A stretch of DNA of 64,000 bases from an uncultured Gammaproteobacteria bacterium. Its GTDB lineage: Bacteria; Patescibacteriota; Patescibacteriia; UBA10025; JAHIVO01. Below the pieces are notes generated by a model. The model was not told where the DNA came from, searched no databases, and saw nothing but the letters and a program-made list of their open reading frames with translations. A program made the position numbers and the translations under genes. Shown in pieces: positions 37,370-48,100 of the stretch. The stretch is taken from the NCBI GenBank assembly GCA_964415025.1, contig CAYPXF010000001.1, positions 78,629 through 142,628 of the forward strand, in the 5' to 3' direction. Each line of letters opens with the position of its first letter. Within the stretch, counting starts at the first letter, position 1.

Positions 37370-37927
37370 GTGACAAACATGAAAAAAATTCTCGTATCCA
37401 TGCTTACCATTGCTTTTGTCGGCGCACTGTCTGTCGGTGCTACTAGCGCTGTATTTACCAGCCAGGCGACGGTAGAGGACAACACGTTCGCGACTGGTAC
37501 ACTCGAAGTACGGGTTAACGGTCAATCCAGCATCGACGGATTTGATTTTGACAATGCCGCACCAGGCGACTGCTATGACGGCCAGTTCACCGTCAATAAC
37601 TACGGTGCGCCATGGTTTGCCGGTCCGTCAACACTTGACGCCAACACCCTGACTGTCAGCGCCGTACAGGACGGCGGCAGTACCTATCTCTTCGATAAGC
37701 TGGAGATTGATGTCAACGCTAACCGCGGCTGGCCTACGGCCATGGACGTCTACGACGGCTCACTGTCTGGTCTGACCAGCGCTGATCTGCTAGCTCCGCG
37801 CTGGAGCAGTCTGGTTCCTGGTAATTCCGAGGATGTCTACTACGAAGTATGCCTCCCGGCTGACGCTGACGACTCATATCAGGGTCTGAGCACAACCTTT
37901 GATTTTATGGTTGATGCGACTACCTAG
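37370..37927 (+). CDS. TasA/camelysin-like secreted protein (SipW-cognate family)
   Basis: signal peptide then ATSAVFTSQATVEDNTFATGTLEV matching the TasA/CalY N-terminal signature (AxFxDxxxxxxxxFxxGTLxL); likely ATG start at 37379 with RBS AGGGGGTGA. Confidence 0.6.
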   Translation: MTNMKKILVSMLTIAFVGALSVGATSAVFTSQATVEDNTFATGTLEVRVNGQSSIDGFDFDNAAPGDCYDGQFTVNNYGAPWFAGPSTLDANTLTVSAVQDGGSTYLFDKLEIDVNANRGWPTAMDVYDGSLSGLTSADLLAPRWSSLVPGNSEDVYYEVCLPADADDSYQGLSTTFDFMVDATT

Positions 37928-37933
37928 TATGGG

Positions 37934-39304
37934 ATGAAGTCTTTTAGGCTGTTTATCCTGAAGATAAACAGCCACCTAAGGTTTTATAATATGAATCGTA
38001 ATCCACTGACTAACAAACGTGCCAGAAAAAAAATCATACAAAACACAGTCAATGTGGTGGTGCTGTTTGTGTTTGTCATCGCTCTCCTTATCGTCATGTC
38101 GCACGCGGGATTTGCCGGCATGAAGGTGCTGTCCGTGCAGTCGGGGTCAATGTCCCCCACCATTCCCACCGGCAACCTCGTTTTTGTTACTCCCAGTGAT
38201 TCGTACGAGGTAAATGATATCATTACCTTCCGATCGTCGGGCGAGCGCGAACTCATCACGCACCGCATCGTATCTGCCGATCCGCAGTCAGCCGAACCGC
38301 AGTTCCAGACACAGGGTGATGCAAATGATGTGGCTGATTCATATACCGTACCCCAGCGCGGTATAGTCGGTAAAGTCAGACTGTCCCTGCCGCTGCTGGG
38401 ATATGTCATCAGTTTCGCCAAACAACCGCTAGGATTAACCCTGCTGATAATTATTCCCGGAACAATCATCATTTACGAAGAGTTGAAAAAAATCAGGCGC
38501 CAGTGGAATAAAATAAAACGTGCGAAAGGATCGGGGTATTCTGTCAGAACTGCTGCTGGTGAAGCATGGCAATCAAGCATACGTACAATTAAAAAGGCAC
38601 TGCGCAACGGCCGGGATAAATTTAATATGATTTTCTTCATACTATTTATCGGGACTCTGAGCTTAATTGCCGCACCTGCCGCTGCCATCACACAAACCGC
38701 AGGAGATTTACAGATAACATACCCGCATTCTCCCCTGTTCCAGGTATCCGATGCCGTACCGGACACCGCCATGACCCGTTCGATAAATGTTTTTAATACT
38801 GGAGACGAACCACATACAGTCGGACTCGTTATGGACAGTAATCCGTCCCTACCATTAAACCAGATACTACAAATCAATATCAGACATGATGCTGAATATA
38901 TTTACGGCTATGAGCTGGGTGGGCCTACTATTACCGATGCCATACACCAAGGAGAAATCCCCCTCTGGACACTAAACCCTCAGGAAACAGCTATTTTTCA
39001 TATATCCCTCTATCTGCCACACACTGCGAATAACCAGTTACAAGGCCAGGAAACGGTTTTTAACCTGGGTATTGGCTTTACCCAGACTGAAACAGCCCCA
39101 CTTAACCCTGTGGATAACCCATCAGATGGCCTGGTTTTAGGCGACCAAACGGAAAAACCCAAGCAAACCCCTACAAACGGTACAATACTGGGGATTGATA
39201 TAGAATTACCCCGCACTGGAGGAATATTATCCTTATCCACAGCCGCAGTCATTACCAGTATAAGTATATTATTTATCAGAAAAAACAATACTAAAAATTA
39301 CTAA
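37934..39304 (+). CDS. SipW-type signal peptidase I fused in frame to a second secreted domain ending in LPRTG sorting signal
   Basis: SVQSGSMSPTIPTGNLVFV (S26/SipW catalytic Ser), two TM helices; after residue about 225 a new hydrophobic segment MIFFILFIGTLSLIAAPAAA; C-terminus LPRTGG plus TM plus RKNNTKNY. Confidence 0.6.
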   Translation: MKSFRLFILKINSHLRFYNMNRNPLTNKRARKKIIQNTVNVVVLFVFVIALLIVMSHAGFAGMKVLSVQSGSMSPTIPTGNLVFVTPSDSYEVNDIITFRSSGERELITHRIVSADPQSAEPQFQTQGDANDVADSYTVPQRGIVGKVRLSLPLLGYVISFAKQPLGLTLLIIIPGTIIIYEELKKIRRQWNKIKRAKGSGYSVRTAAGEAWQSSIRTIKKALRNGRDKFNMIFFILFIGTLSLIAAPAAAITQTAGDLQITYPHSPLFQVSDAVPDTAMTRSINVFNTGDEPHTVGLVMDSNPSLPLNQILQINIRHDAEYIYGYELGGPTITDAIHQGEIPLWTLNPQETAIFHISLYLPHTANNQLQGQETVFNLGIGFTQTETAPLNPVDNPSDGLVLGDQTEKPKQTPTNGTILGIDIELPRTGGILSLSTAAVITSISILFIRKNNTKNY

Positions 39305-39321
39305 TTGCTCGTTTTAACCCC

Positions 39322-39349
39322 TTGACAAAAATACTATTTTTGCTAAGAT
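39322..39349 (+). promoter_or_regulatory. sigma70-like promoter TTGACA-16-TAAGAT
   Basis: 39322 ttgaca, 39344 taagat. Confidence 0.35.
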
Positions 39350-39697
39350 AGGTAGAACACAAAACAAAAAGTAGATATTGACAAAAACAAGCCAAAAATA
39401 CCAAAATACTATCGCACCTTAGGAGAATAACGCACTTTTGTACAAATAACATTTGGAGGAATGTTAAAAGCCAACATTGAGTTATAAAAAGGAGGAAACT
39501 CAAGGAAAAATAAAAAAAATCAGCACAACCCAGTCGCAATTCTCAATTTTTTGAAGCTATAAAACAGCTGATTTATGCCTTATTTAAAATTTTGTAACTT
39601 AGTGTTGGCTTTTTTTGTTTGCTTAGCAAAATTTACAAGCCGAAAAATACTACCCAATAATACAAATTCGGCGATGAAAATTATACTAAGCAAACAA

Positions 39698-39796
39698 TCC
39701 CGCTGCAGCCGAGCAATGCGAGGCGGATAGCGGGATAGCAAGCTTATTCACAACCCGAGCAAAAGCGAGGGGTCGTACAGAACCGAGCAAAAGCGA
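39698..39796 (+). promoter_or_regulatory. three direct repeats CCGAGCAA(A/T)RGCGA plus GC hairpin upstream of the adhesin gene
   Basis: repeats at 39709, 39754, 39782; hairpin atcccgct...agcgggat 39698-39736. Confidence 0.4.
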
Positions 39797-39860
39797 AAAA
39801 ATCGCGCTCAAATAACAAATATTTATATATATTTTAGAAAATAACTAATCAAACAAGTAT

Positions 39861-42800
39861 ATGAGTCTAAACAACCTTATTTCCGTGAAAACACGCCAGG
39901 CCCTGTCAAAAGGCCTGCATGTTGTCGCACTCACTGTCCTGGTCCTGAATATGTCCATGGTCGGTGTGTTTGCTGTACCGCAGGCTGCTGCAGCCAGCAC
40001 TCCCGGTGAAAGCGCTGGATTAACAGTCAGCTCTGGAGTTTGCCCAGAAGGTGACGTCAAATTAGAGGCTGACGCAGTAACGTATGAGGACACAGAAGGT
40101 AGTGCTACTATCAGCTATCATCAGGGTGATGAGCATAACTATGTTACTTGGGAAGCAACAACCGGCTATACTATCACCGGCGTCTGCCTCAAGTACGGCA
40201 CTACGCTCGACAATCCTGATCCAGCAGACGGTCAGGCCGGTCCATATGACCATGATATCAGCCACGTCGTGTTGCACACAGCTGAAGATGGACCAGTATT
40301 GCCTGATCCAGTGCGTAATGAACTTCCCCAGGCATGCGGTATGCCGATTGAAGTCATGATGGTGATTGACAGATCCGGCAGTATGGATGATGCCGGCGGC
40401 GGTGAGCCGCTCGCCTCGGTCAAGGCCGCGGCCAATGAATTCGTCAATCTGATGAATTTTGATCCGTCTGACCCTATTGCCACAGACCGCGCCGGCGTAA
40501 CTTCATATGATGGATATGCCACGCTGCGCCAAACATTGACCGATAACAGCACGGACGTTATCGATGCTATCAACGCTTTGCAGGCAGCAGGCAGTACTAA
40601 TATCGGAGAAGGCGTATTAACTGGCCAGAACGACCTCATGACTAACAAACGGATTGACCCCCTCGAAGCACAGCCAATCATGATAGTATTGTCAGATGGC
40701 GTAGCGAATCGATCAAGTAATGATACTTCTTGCGAATTATGGCCGAGCGAACATACTAACTGCACTATTGATGCTGTTGAACAGGCTAATGCTGCTAAAA
40801 CCGACGATACTGTAATTTTTACCATCGGCTATTTTACACAGGCTGTTGAAAACGCATATCCTGCATCAATCGCTTTAGCGCGCCAGACAATGAATTATAT
40901 GGCATCGCAGGAAGACTACTACTTCGAAACAGACTCAACCGCTAACCTCCAGGAAATTTATAATCAAATCCAGTTTGAGCTGTGCGATCCAAATCTTGAT
41001 TTCAGCAAATCAGTAGAAAACCTGACCCGCCCGGGCTATACGACAGAAGCCATGCCGGCACACGCTGGTGATGTGATAAAATATTCGCTGACGGCACAGA
41101 CGACTGATGTATGGCCGGCAGAGGATGTCGTAGTGGAAGATGATATTTCTGATATCCTGGAATACGCTACCGTAACAAATGCGTATGACGGTACTGTCAC
41201 CGGTGGCACAATCTCCTACCCGGCTGTTGATCTCGAGGGTAATGATTCAGTGACGAAATATTTCGAAGTTACTATCAACACTGCCGATACCTGGCCGACA
41301 GACGGTGATTTTGTCATGACAAACGTATACGGCAACAGCACCGAGGTATATATCGAGGAATTCGGCACGATCCACGGCTATAAATTCCATGACTATGACC
41401 GTGACGGCGAATGGGACGATAGCGAACCAGCTCTGAACGGTATCACTATCAAGCTCTACCAGGGCGATGCACTCATCGATGAAATGGTGACTGGCGACGG
41501 TGTAGCAGTTGGGTATTACCAATTTACCGACCTGCCAGCCGGTGATTACACAGTTATGGAAGTCAAGCCAAACGGCTATGTAAATACAACCCCCATTTCC
41601 GTGCCAGTAACAGTGTCAGCCAACAGCACCGAGCGTGTTGACTTTGGTAACGACGCTGCCGAATGTAAATTCGAACTGACGAAAGAAGCTACCGAATACG
41701 TTGATGTAAACGGTGCCATAACCTATACCCTGTTTTATGAAAACGGTAACTGCACCGGCGGCGGTGTTAAGGTAAAAGACTATATCCCCGACTATACGAC
41801 CTACGTGCCCGATTCCGCTAATCCGTCAGCTACGTTTGATGGGGAAAAAGTACTGTGGAATATCGGCACAGTCGAACCGGGTGAATTCGGCACGCTGACA
41901 TTTCAGGTAACTGCTGATGACCGCGACCAGTGCGGCGACTGGGAAATCCCCAATACCGCCTACTTCTGGGCAAATGAAATGCCGAACTGGGACGATAACT
42001 ATAGCAATACTGTCTATACCACCGTACACAAAAATTGTGAAGGCGACCTGACTGTTATTAAGAACGTCATCGGCGGTGAGATGGAAGGACACAACCCAGA
42101 TGATTGGACTATGGTAGCCAACGGCCCGGAATATAGAGAATTTGCAGGTAGTGCAACTGGCGTCACCCACACCTATGATGCTGGTTCATATGTGATCAAT
42201 GAAAAAGACGGTCCAGCTAACTACACGCTATCGTTTTCTGAAAACTGTGATGAATATGGAAATGTCACTATTGAACATAGTGATAACAAAACCTGCACCC
42301 TGACGAATGAGCGCGATACCGCTACCGTCAGAATAAATAAATTTGTCGAATATGCTGACGGCTCTACCAAGAAAAATCCGGATAACTGGTCATGGCAGTG
42401 GTCAAACCAGTATGCTGACGAGTCTGGTATTGCTGGCGGTATGCAACGAACCGTATTATCCAATGTCGAATACACCATTACCGAAGATACAACCCACTAC
42501 CCAGCTGATAACTACAATACGTCATGGGTGTGTTATCCTGCCGGTGGCGTAGGTATAGCTACTGATGCGAACAAGATGCAGCCGATGTTCCACACAGGCA
42601 CGTCATTTGACGTAACACTCGAAAAAGACCAGCATATTGTCTGCACCTTTACTAATATCCGCGAAACGACTGATATCACTTTTGATAAGGTTGTTGTTGG
42701 CAGCGACATGGCTGATGACAACTGGACGTTTGCTGTTGATGGTCAAGGTGATTACAAGGATGGTGATACTGTCACCCTCCCGACTAATGAAACATTTACC

Positions 42801-44144
42801 GTGACCGAGTCATCAGAGTATGACAATCTCTTCACCCTGACTAATGCGTCCGGTGCCTGCGAGCTCGATAACGGAGTAATCACACTGTATACAGACGGCC
42901 GCAGTGACACTTGCGTTGTCGAGAATACCCGTAATACCGGCGACCTGACCCTGGTAAAAGAAATCACCGCTTCAGAACTCAAACCAGGCGGCTTCATCAC
43001 GTACCAGCTGACCTATGCCAACAACGGCAATATTGATCTCACTGGGGTACAAATAACTGACGACTATCCGCAGCAATACGTGACGGTAACAAACAGCGGC
43101 ACCGGCGCTGACAACGGTGATACCATTGTCTGGAATATCGGCGATCTGCCGATTGATACCACAGGCACTGTTACCTATACCGTCAGTATCGATGAATCAA
43201 CACCGGCGGACACTGATATTATCAACATCGCCGTCATCACCTCTGACCAGACCGGTCCATATCAGGCCAGCGCTACTACAGAAATACCTGAAACGCCTGC
43301 CGGGCCCGTTCTGACCATCGATAAAACCGTCGGCGCTGACTTCGTCAATCCTGGCGATACAGCTACCTATACGGTTGTTATAGAAAATATTGGTGACACC
43401 ACCGCGACTAATGTCGAATTAACCGACCTCCTGCCTGTTGGCTTCACTTTTGTAGAATTCAGCACCGGCCTGTATACCTGGGAGCTCGGTGACCTGGCTC
43501 CAGAAGCGTCATTCACGCTGACATACGATGTCCTCATCGGTGAAGATGTTACTGTTGGTACGTATGAAAACTTTGCAGTTGCTTCTGCTGACAATCATCC
43601 TAACGTGCATGACCAGGCTTTGCTGGAAGTACGCGTCCCGACCGTCCTGGCCGAGGAAGCTGATCCAGTCCTGCAGATCGTCAAAACTGCTGATAAAGAA
43701 TTTATCAACAAAGGCGACAGCGTTACCTACACCGTAATTGTCACCAATGTCGGTGACGAGGATGCTGAGGCAGTCGCGCTCAACATCATGGTTCAGGACA
43801 TCATGCCGGCCGGCTTCACCTTTGAGGACGGTACGGTTACCAAAGTCTGGGCCCTGGGCGACCTGCGCGTCGGCGAATCACGGGAAATTTCCTACACCGG
43901 TATTTCCGATGACACGGTCCTGCCGGGTATGTACGAAAACCTGGCCGTAGCCTGGGCCGATAACCATGACAAGGTGGACGATTCAGTATCTGTCGAGGTA
44001 CGCGAACCCCAGGTGCTGGGCGAAGAACTGCCGACCACTGGCGGCTCCCTGCTCCACTACATCTACTTCATCGCTGCCGGACTGATTATCGCTTTCGCCG
44101 CCTTTGTTCTGAAACTCACCGCCTCTCCCCGCAGCCGGTCATAA
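39861..44144 (+). CDS. giant LPXTG-anchored surface protein: VWA domain, Cna-B/SdrD-B-like domain, multiple DUF11 (TIGR01451) repeats
   Basis: signal peptide; VWA MIDAS VIDRSGSMDD...GSTNIGEG...VLSDGVAN; DUF11 units such as ATYTVVIENIGDTTATNVELTDLLPVGFTFV; C-terminus LPTTGG plus TM plus RSRS. Confidence 0.8.
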   Translation: MSLNNLISVKTRQALSKGLHVVALTVLVLNMSMVGVFAVPQAAAASTPGESAGLTVSSGVCPEGDVKLEADAVTYEDTEGSATISYHQGDEHNYVTWEATTGYTITGVCLKYGTTLDNPDPADGQAGPYDHDISHVVLHTAEDGPVLPDPVRNELPQACGMPIEVMMVIDRSGSMDDAGGGEPLASVKAAANEFVNLMNFDPSDPIATDRAGVTSYDGYATLRQTLTDNSTDVIDAINALQAAGSTNIGEGVLTGQNDLMTNKRIDPLEAQPIMIVLSDGVANRSSNDTSCELWPSEHTNCTIDAVEQANAAKTDDTVIFTIGYFTQAVENAYPASIALARQTMNYMASQEDYYFETDSTANLQEIYNQIQFELCDPNLDFSKSVENLTRPGYTTEAMPAHAGDVIKYSLTAQTTDVWPAEDVVVEDDISDILEYATVTNAYDGTVTGGTISYPAVDLEGNDSVTKYFEVTINTADTWPTDGDFVMTNVYGNSTEVYIEEFGTIHGYKFHDYDRDGEWDDSEPALNGITIKLYQGDALIDEMVTGDGVAVGYYQFTDLPAGDYTVMEVKPNGYVNTTPISVPVTVSANSTERVDFGNDAAECKFELTKEATEYVDVNGAITYTLFYENGNCTGGGVKVKDYIPDYTTYVPDSANPSATFDGEKVLWNIGTVEPGEFGTLTFQVTADDRDQCGDWEIPNTAYFWANEMPNWDDNYSNTVYTTVHKNCEGDLTVIKNVIGGEMEGHNPDDWTMVANGPEYREFAGSATGVTHTYDAGSYVINEKDGPANYTLSFSENCDEYGNVTIEHSDNKTCTLTNERDTATVRINKFVEYADGSTKKNPDNWSWQWSNQYADESGIAGGMQRTVLSNVEYTITEDTTHYPADNYNTSWVCYPAGGVGIATDANKMQPMFHTGTSFDVTLEKDQHIVCTFTNIRETTDITFDKVVVGSDMADDNWTFAVDGQGDYKDGDTVTLPTNETFTVTESSEYDNLFTLTNASGACELDNGVITLYTDGRSDTCVVENTRNTGDLTLVKEITASELKPGGFITYQLTYANNGNIDLTGVQITDDYPQQYVTVTNSGTGADNGDTIVWNIGDLPIDTTGTVTYTVSIDESTPADTDIINIAVITSDQTGPYQASATTEIPETPAGPVLTIDKTVGADFVNPGDTATYTVVIENIGDTTATNVELTDLLPVGFTFVEFSTGLYTWELGDLAPEASFTLTYDVLIGEDVTVGTYENFAVASADNHPNVHDQALLEVRVPTVLAEEADPVLQIVKTADKEFINKGDSVTYTVIVTNVGDEDAEAVALNIMVQDIMPAGFTFEDGTVTKVWALGDLRVGESREISYTGISDDTVLPGMYENLAVAWADNHDKVDDSVSVEVREPQVLGEELPTTGGSLLHYIYFIAAGLIIAFAAFVLKLTASPRSRS

Positions 44145-44171
44145 GACCGCATCGCGGTTACTATAAACCAA

Positions 44172-44204
44172 AAAGACCCCGAGCATGTGCAAAGGGTCTT
44201 TTTG
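44172..44204 (+). terminator. rho-independent terminator
   Basis: aaaagacccc-gagcatgtgcaaa-gggtctttttgg. Confidence 0.5.
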
Positions 44205-44304
44205 GTTGGCGAGAGACTCTTTTGTCGACGGGATCCTGAATCAGGTTCAGGATGACATGTTGTTATATTACCTTGTCATTCCGGGCTAGGCCCAATTATT
44301 ATAT

Positions 44305-44655
44305 TCACAAAAACTCCCGGCAAATCCTCTCGATAACACCTCGCATGTTTTCATACACGTCTTCATTCCTGAACCGCAAAAATCGTATGCCAAACTGTTC
44401 TATGTACTTCTGTCGCTGGTAATCATATTCTTCCCGGCCAATGTGCGACGGGCCGTCAACTTCTATAGCCAATTTCAGTTTAGGACAATAAAAATCAACT
44501 ATATAATTCCCCACGCTGTACTGCCGGCGGAATTTGTAGCCGTATAACCGCTTATTCCGCAGCTGCGCCCACAGTAGAGCCTCGGCCTGCGGGGACTCCT
44601 TCCGCAGTTTCTTACGTCGTTTTTTCATTGACTGCTTGTTGAATGCGAATGTCAT
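44305..44655 (-). CDS. DUF559 / Vsr-like endonuclease domain protein
   Basis: YIVDFYCPKLKLAIEVDGPSH...FGIRFLRFRNEDV (E-x-D-G-x2-H Vsr-like core). Confidence 0.7.
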   Translation of the reverse strand: MTFAFNKQSMKKRRKKLRKESPQAEALLWAQLRNKRLYGYKFRRQYSVGNYIVDFYCPKLKLAIEVDGPSHIGREEYDYQRQKYIEQFGIRFLRFRNEDVYENMRGVIERICREFL

Positions 44656-44666
44656 AGTTTGTTTGT

Positions 44667-44908
44667 GGAACTACCTCCCCGCTATCACCTCCCCTCCGGC
44701 AGCCCCTTAACTTCATTGAACCCGCCCAGGCTCTTCCCCTCCTTGGAAAGGAGGGGTAACCATCCTCGTTACTTTTAGTAACTGACGTGGGACGGGGAGG
44801 TAGTTCCAGAGCACCCAGTCCACTCTATTCACCGGCCTCGGCTAGGAGGGACGGTTGTCTTACTTCCCAAGGAGGGGTGAATATTCTCGTTACTTTTAGT
44901 ATGGTGGG
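44667..44908. repeat. structured intergenic repeat block: 15-bp perfect inverted repeat plus two copies of a roughly 36-bp unit
   Basis: ggaactacctccccg (44667-44681) and cggggaggtagttcc (44793-44807); units 44745-44780 and 44866-44901 (CCAAGGAGGGGTRA...CTCGTTACTTTTAGTA); inner hairpin cccctcc-ttggaaa-ggagggg. Confidence 0.5.
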
Positions 44909-45171
44909 TGGTGTGGGGAGGATGAAAAACAGAAGGGGAGGATTACATAAAACAAAACCTTCCTGACCAGGGAAGGCTCTGCTGTTATTATACCATATCC
45001 CCCCACAGACATTTATGCTTTGACAATAATGCCATCACGTGATATTGTATGTTAATAGCAACGTTGACAAAAAATACCTTATTTTACTATAATTTGAGAG
45101 TACTAATACAAAATAAAAACTACTAATAAACCACAAAAAATAAAGAAATTATTAGTATTATCAACAATTAA

Positions 45172-48100
45172 ATGAACAAATCTATGCACAAGCACACATT
45201 ACGCTTGAGCAAGCTAGCAACCCCCCTCCTGGTCGTGACGGTGGCGGTTTTTGGTTTTGCTCTCACCGCCCACGCGGATGATGCGGGTAGCGGCGCAATT
45301 TGGACTACTACCGGTAGCTGTGGTGATCCGCAAAATGTAAACCAATACCATACAGGAGAAACCGTGTTCATTAATGGTGCAGGCTTTTCTACTAACCATG
45401 AGTATGATTGGGTTATTAGAAAACCTGGGGTAAACGGTGATATTCTTATCAATGGACAACACACTACTGATGCAGATGGCAAATTTTGTTTTCCTGCAGT
45501 AAGCCTCGACGCCGGTGCAAATGGTGTGTACCAGGTTAAATTTGGTGAAGTCAAGGGAGATAATTTTAAGGTTGTCTCTATCCCCCGCTATACTTCTGGG
45601 GATACCTGCCCACGCGGCTATACACCAGAATTATTGGACTCATACGACATCAACAGTACAGACAAAAACGGAGTAAATTTTGGCGTTACTGCAGGTAATA
45701 CATATCTATTCCATGCCTCCGGCTGGTATAATGCTAGCAATAATATTATGGCAGATGCGGGATACTCTTGGAACCAAAGTGGCCCTTTACCCGACTATGG
45801 TATTAATGGAACGGGTAGCAACTATGGTGCACACGCCTTACTTGGAGACTTGGGTGATGGAGTTGGGGTTGTTATGTGGGGCGTATTCAATGCACAAAAC
45901 ATATATGACTTTTACTATCAACCCACTACGAACAATATACAATTCCTTATAGGTGATCGATACAGCGATTGGTTCAATACCCCTTGGGACAATCAAAAAG
46001 GAATGAAAGATGATAATTCAGGCTTATTAACTCTTGATGTTTACGAATGTCAGCCTGAACCAATGAAAATAGTTGCTCACAAGATTACCTGTGAAGACTA
46101 CGCTGATTTACCTGAATGGGGAGTCGGAGCAGCAGATATTGATAAAGATACTGCTCAAAATTGGGTTACTTCCCATAAGAGCTGTGATTTCGCTAAAGAC
46201 TGGAAATTTGAGTGGGGTGACCACAATGCTAAGAACCCCGGCGATACACATTACGGTACAGCAGCAGAGGCAGGAAAGAAAGGATGGCACACCTTCGGTC
46301 CTACCGACAGCAATGGCATGGCCACGACAACCATAGATGACATACAGAAGAATTTCTGGTTCCGTGAAGTTTTACAGCTTGGCTATATCCCCTTCACTTA
46401 TGGCCCTGAAGGGAACCGGAATACCAATTCACTTTCAGCACAGGTTTATTGTAAATCAGATGTACTAAACTACGATAACTACGATCGCATTGATGATCCT
46501 CACTACGGAGAAACAATATATTGTGTTGCATTCAATGCTGAAGTCCCGGATCCATCTGTCATCCAGGGTCGCAAATACGATGACGTGAATGGCAACGGCT
46601 ACCATGATTCAAATGACACCGAAACACGTATGGATGGCTGGACTACCCGCCTCTACGACGAAAACTGGAACAGTGTCGAAGATATGAACAGCAATAACAG
46701 TATGGTCACCGGCGACACCGGCAATCCCGGTCAGTTTGCATTCGACGTCATGCCTGGCACTTATAATGTTTGCGAGGTTATGCAGAATGAGTGGCAGCAG
46801 ACCGGTCCCCTAGTTGGTACTCATCCGGTGAATTTCGATCTCCAGGACCAGAATGATGCCACCGCGGTCGCTAACCAATCCGGCATGCATGATGAGGGTT
46901 CGACCTGCTGGCAAGTGGAAATTGATGCTCAAGGCGGCGAATCGTACGGCTGGCTGAAATTTGGTAACTACTATGCAGAATGTGGAAACAAAATAAAAGA
47001 TAGCGACGAAACGTGTGATGATGGCGCAATGAATGGCCAACCAGGATATTGTAACAATGAATGTACCGGAGTAACCGCGACAGATGAAAAGAAAATTCAG
47101 ATAAATAAAACCGTCGATCCGGCCATAGCAACTCACGGTGATACGATTACCTATACCATCACTGCTACTAACGCCGACGACACTGACACCTGTGATAATG
47201 CTACTTTAACCATTACTGATGATATAACTGATGTGCTCGCCGATGCCGTACTAGTAAGTACAGACCCGTCCGTTGTCCCGGATAACAATGTACTTACCTG
47301 GACGTTTGATAACGTATCTTGCGGTGACCCCAAAACAGCCACGGTAACTGTAGAAGTAACTAATGAGGCCTTTGACGGTGCTGTTGTTGAAAATATCGCC
47401 TGGGTCATGGATCAGAATGAAAATCAGGCCACTTCTAAACAGGTAGAAACAGCTATTTCAGTCGACAGTCCCGTGCTCGAGTTAACCAAAACAGCTGCCG
47501 AGGGCCCCTTTAACCCCGGTCAGACTGTCGAGTACACCGTGACAGTGACGAACAATGGCACGGCTGACGCGACAAACGTCGTGCTGACTGATGCATTACC
47601 GGACAATATGATGTTCCAGGACGGCACGACGACCAAAACCTGGACCTGGGATATAATAGCGGTAGGCACCAGCCAAGAGGCTGCCTATACCGCCATCATC
47701 GATGATGAAGCAACTGCCAATACATATACAAATAATGCAACTGTGACGGCAGATAGTCTCGATCCAGTCAGTGCCAGCGCTGATACAGAGGTGATTGTAC
47801 CGATCGTGCTTGGCGATGCCGCGCCGTTCTTCAACATCACAAAAACGGCTGACAAAGATTTCGCCGCACCAGGAGAAACTGTTGCCTATACAGTAGTTGT
47901 CACTAATGACAGCGATGTTGACGCACTCAACACTGTCATGACAGATACATTACCGATCGGCTTTGTATTCAAAGGCAGTACTGACACGGTCAAAAACTGG
48001 GACCTGGGCACCATGGCCGCTGGCCAGAGCCGCACTATTACCTATGACGTCACCATTGACCAGGCAGCTGGCGAAGATATGTATACCAACACGGTAACGG

